DNA of 63,193 nt, the filler included, from Neoconidiobolus thromboides FSU 785 (taxonomy: Eukaryota; Fungi; Entomophthoromycota), in assembly GCA_025603075.1 (NCBI GenBank). It is 6 parts of 6 records of this genome, joined end to end, with 100 filler letters (N's around TTAATTAATTAA, not from the genome) between each part and the next. Parts side by side here need not be neighbours in the genome. Positions count along the whole stretch, not along the records: positions 61,760 to 63,193 come from MU626967.1; 5 more parts are not named here. The stretch is one strand, 5' to 3'. Numbering within the stretch: the stretch's first letter is position 1; each line of letters starts with the position of its first letter. The translations under genes and the position numbers were made by a program. The notes beneath the pieces are model-generated. The model ran no database searches. It was not told the DNA's origin and saw only the letters and a list, made by a program, of their open reading frames with translations. Below, in pieces: positions 63,113-63,193 of the stretch.

Positions 63113-63193
63113 TGTGAAATCTGGTACTCAGGGTTTGGAGTCAAGAACAGCTATTGCTGGGTTGACTACACTATAAGTCGAAAGGTCTTAGTT
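63113..63193 (+). mobile_element. Solo-LTR-like element, 5' end (runs off the window)
   Basis: Starts TGTGAAATCTGGTACTCAGGGTTTGGAGTCAA. Confidence 0.75.

Overview
AT-rich (roughly 20-30% GC by eye), intron-containing fungal genomic DNA. An early-diverging lineage such as Zoopagomycota/Entomophthoromycotina is my inference, from the Zn2Cys6 factor, the NHA1-type antiporter, short GT-AG introns and a bacterial/oomycete-type subtilisin. The window is six contigs joined by five artificial 100-bp spacers (N44-TTAATTAATTAA-N44), so adjacency across 26434-26533, 36284-36383, 54710-54809, 60162-60261 and 61660-61759 is not established. Recognisable genes: a decayed ABCB/MDR transporter pseudogene, a divergent Cdc23/APC8-like TPR protein, C2H2, homeodomain and Zn2Cys6 transcription factors, PBP1/Ataxin-2, a small secreted beta/gamma-crystallin-like protein, tRNA-Arg(ACG), a degenerate tRNA-Gln(TTG), RPL38, a divergent Rae1/Gle2-like WD40 protein, a FUSC/ALMT-type membrane protein, DRG1/RBG1, an EAF-domain protein, NHA1, two large intronless orphans (one secreted, with internal repeats), a short/branched-chain acyl-CoA dehydrogenase, and gap-truncated S8 subtilisin and DOPA-dioxygenase-like genes. 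Repeats: about 18 copies of a ~95-bp MITE with GGGGATG...CATCCCC ends and 4-bp TSDs, five copies of a ~480-bp TG...CA solo-LTR-like element, a ~275-bp dispersed repeat, and a 643-bp inverted repeat at both ends of one 18.3-kb contig. No CRISPR arrays or rRNA. I did not find one integrated novel multi-gene system. The best leads are the MITE family, the inverted-repeat-bounded contig, the secreted repeat protein, the divergent cell-cycle paralogs and a recurrent, strand-oriented CCAAT promoter architecture.
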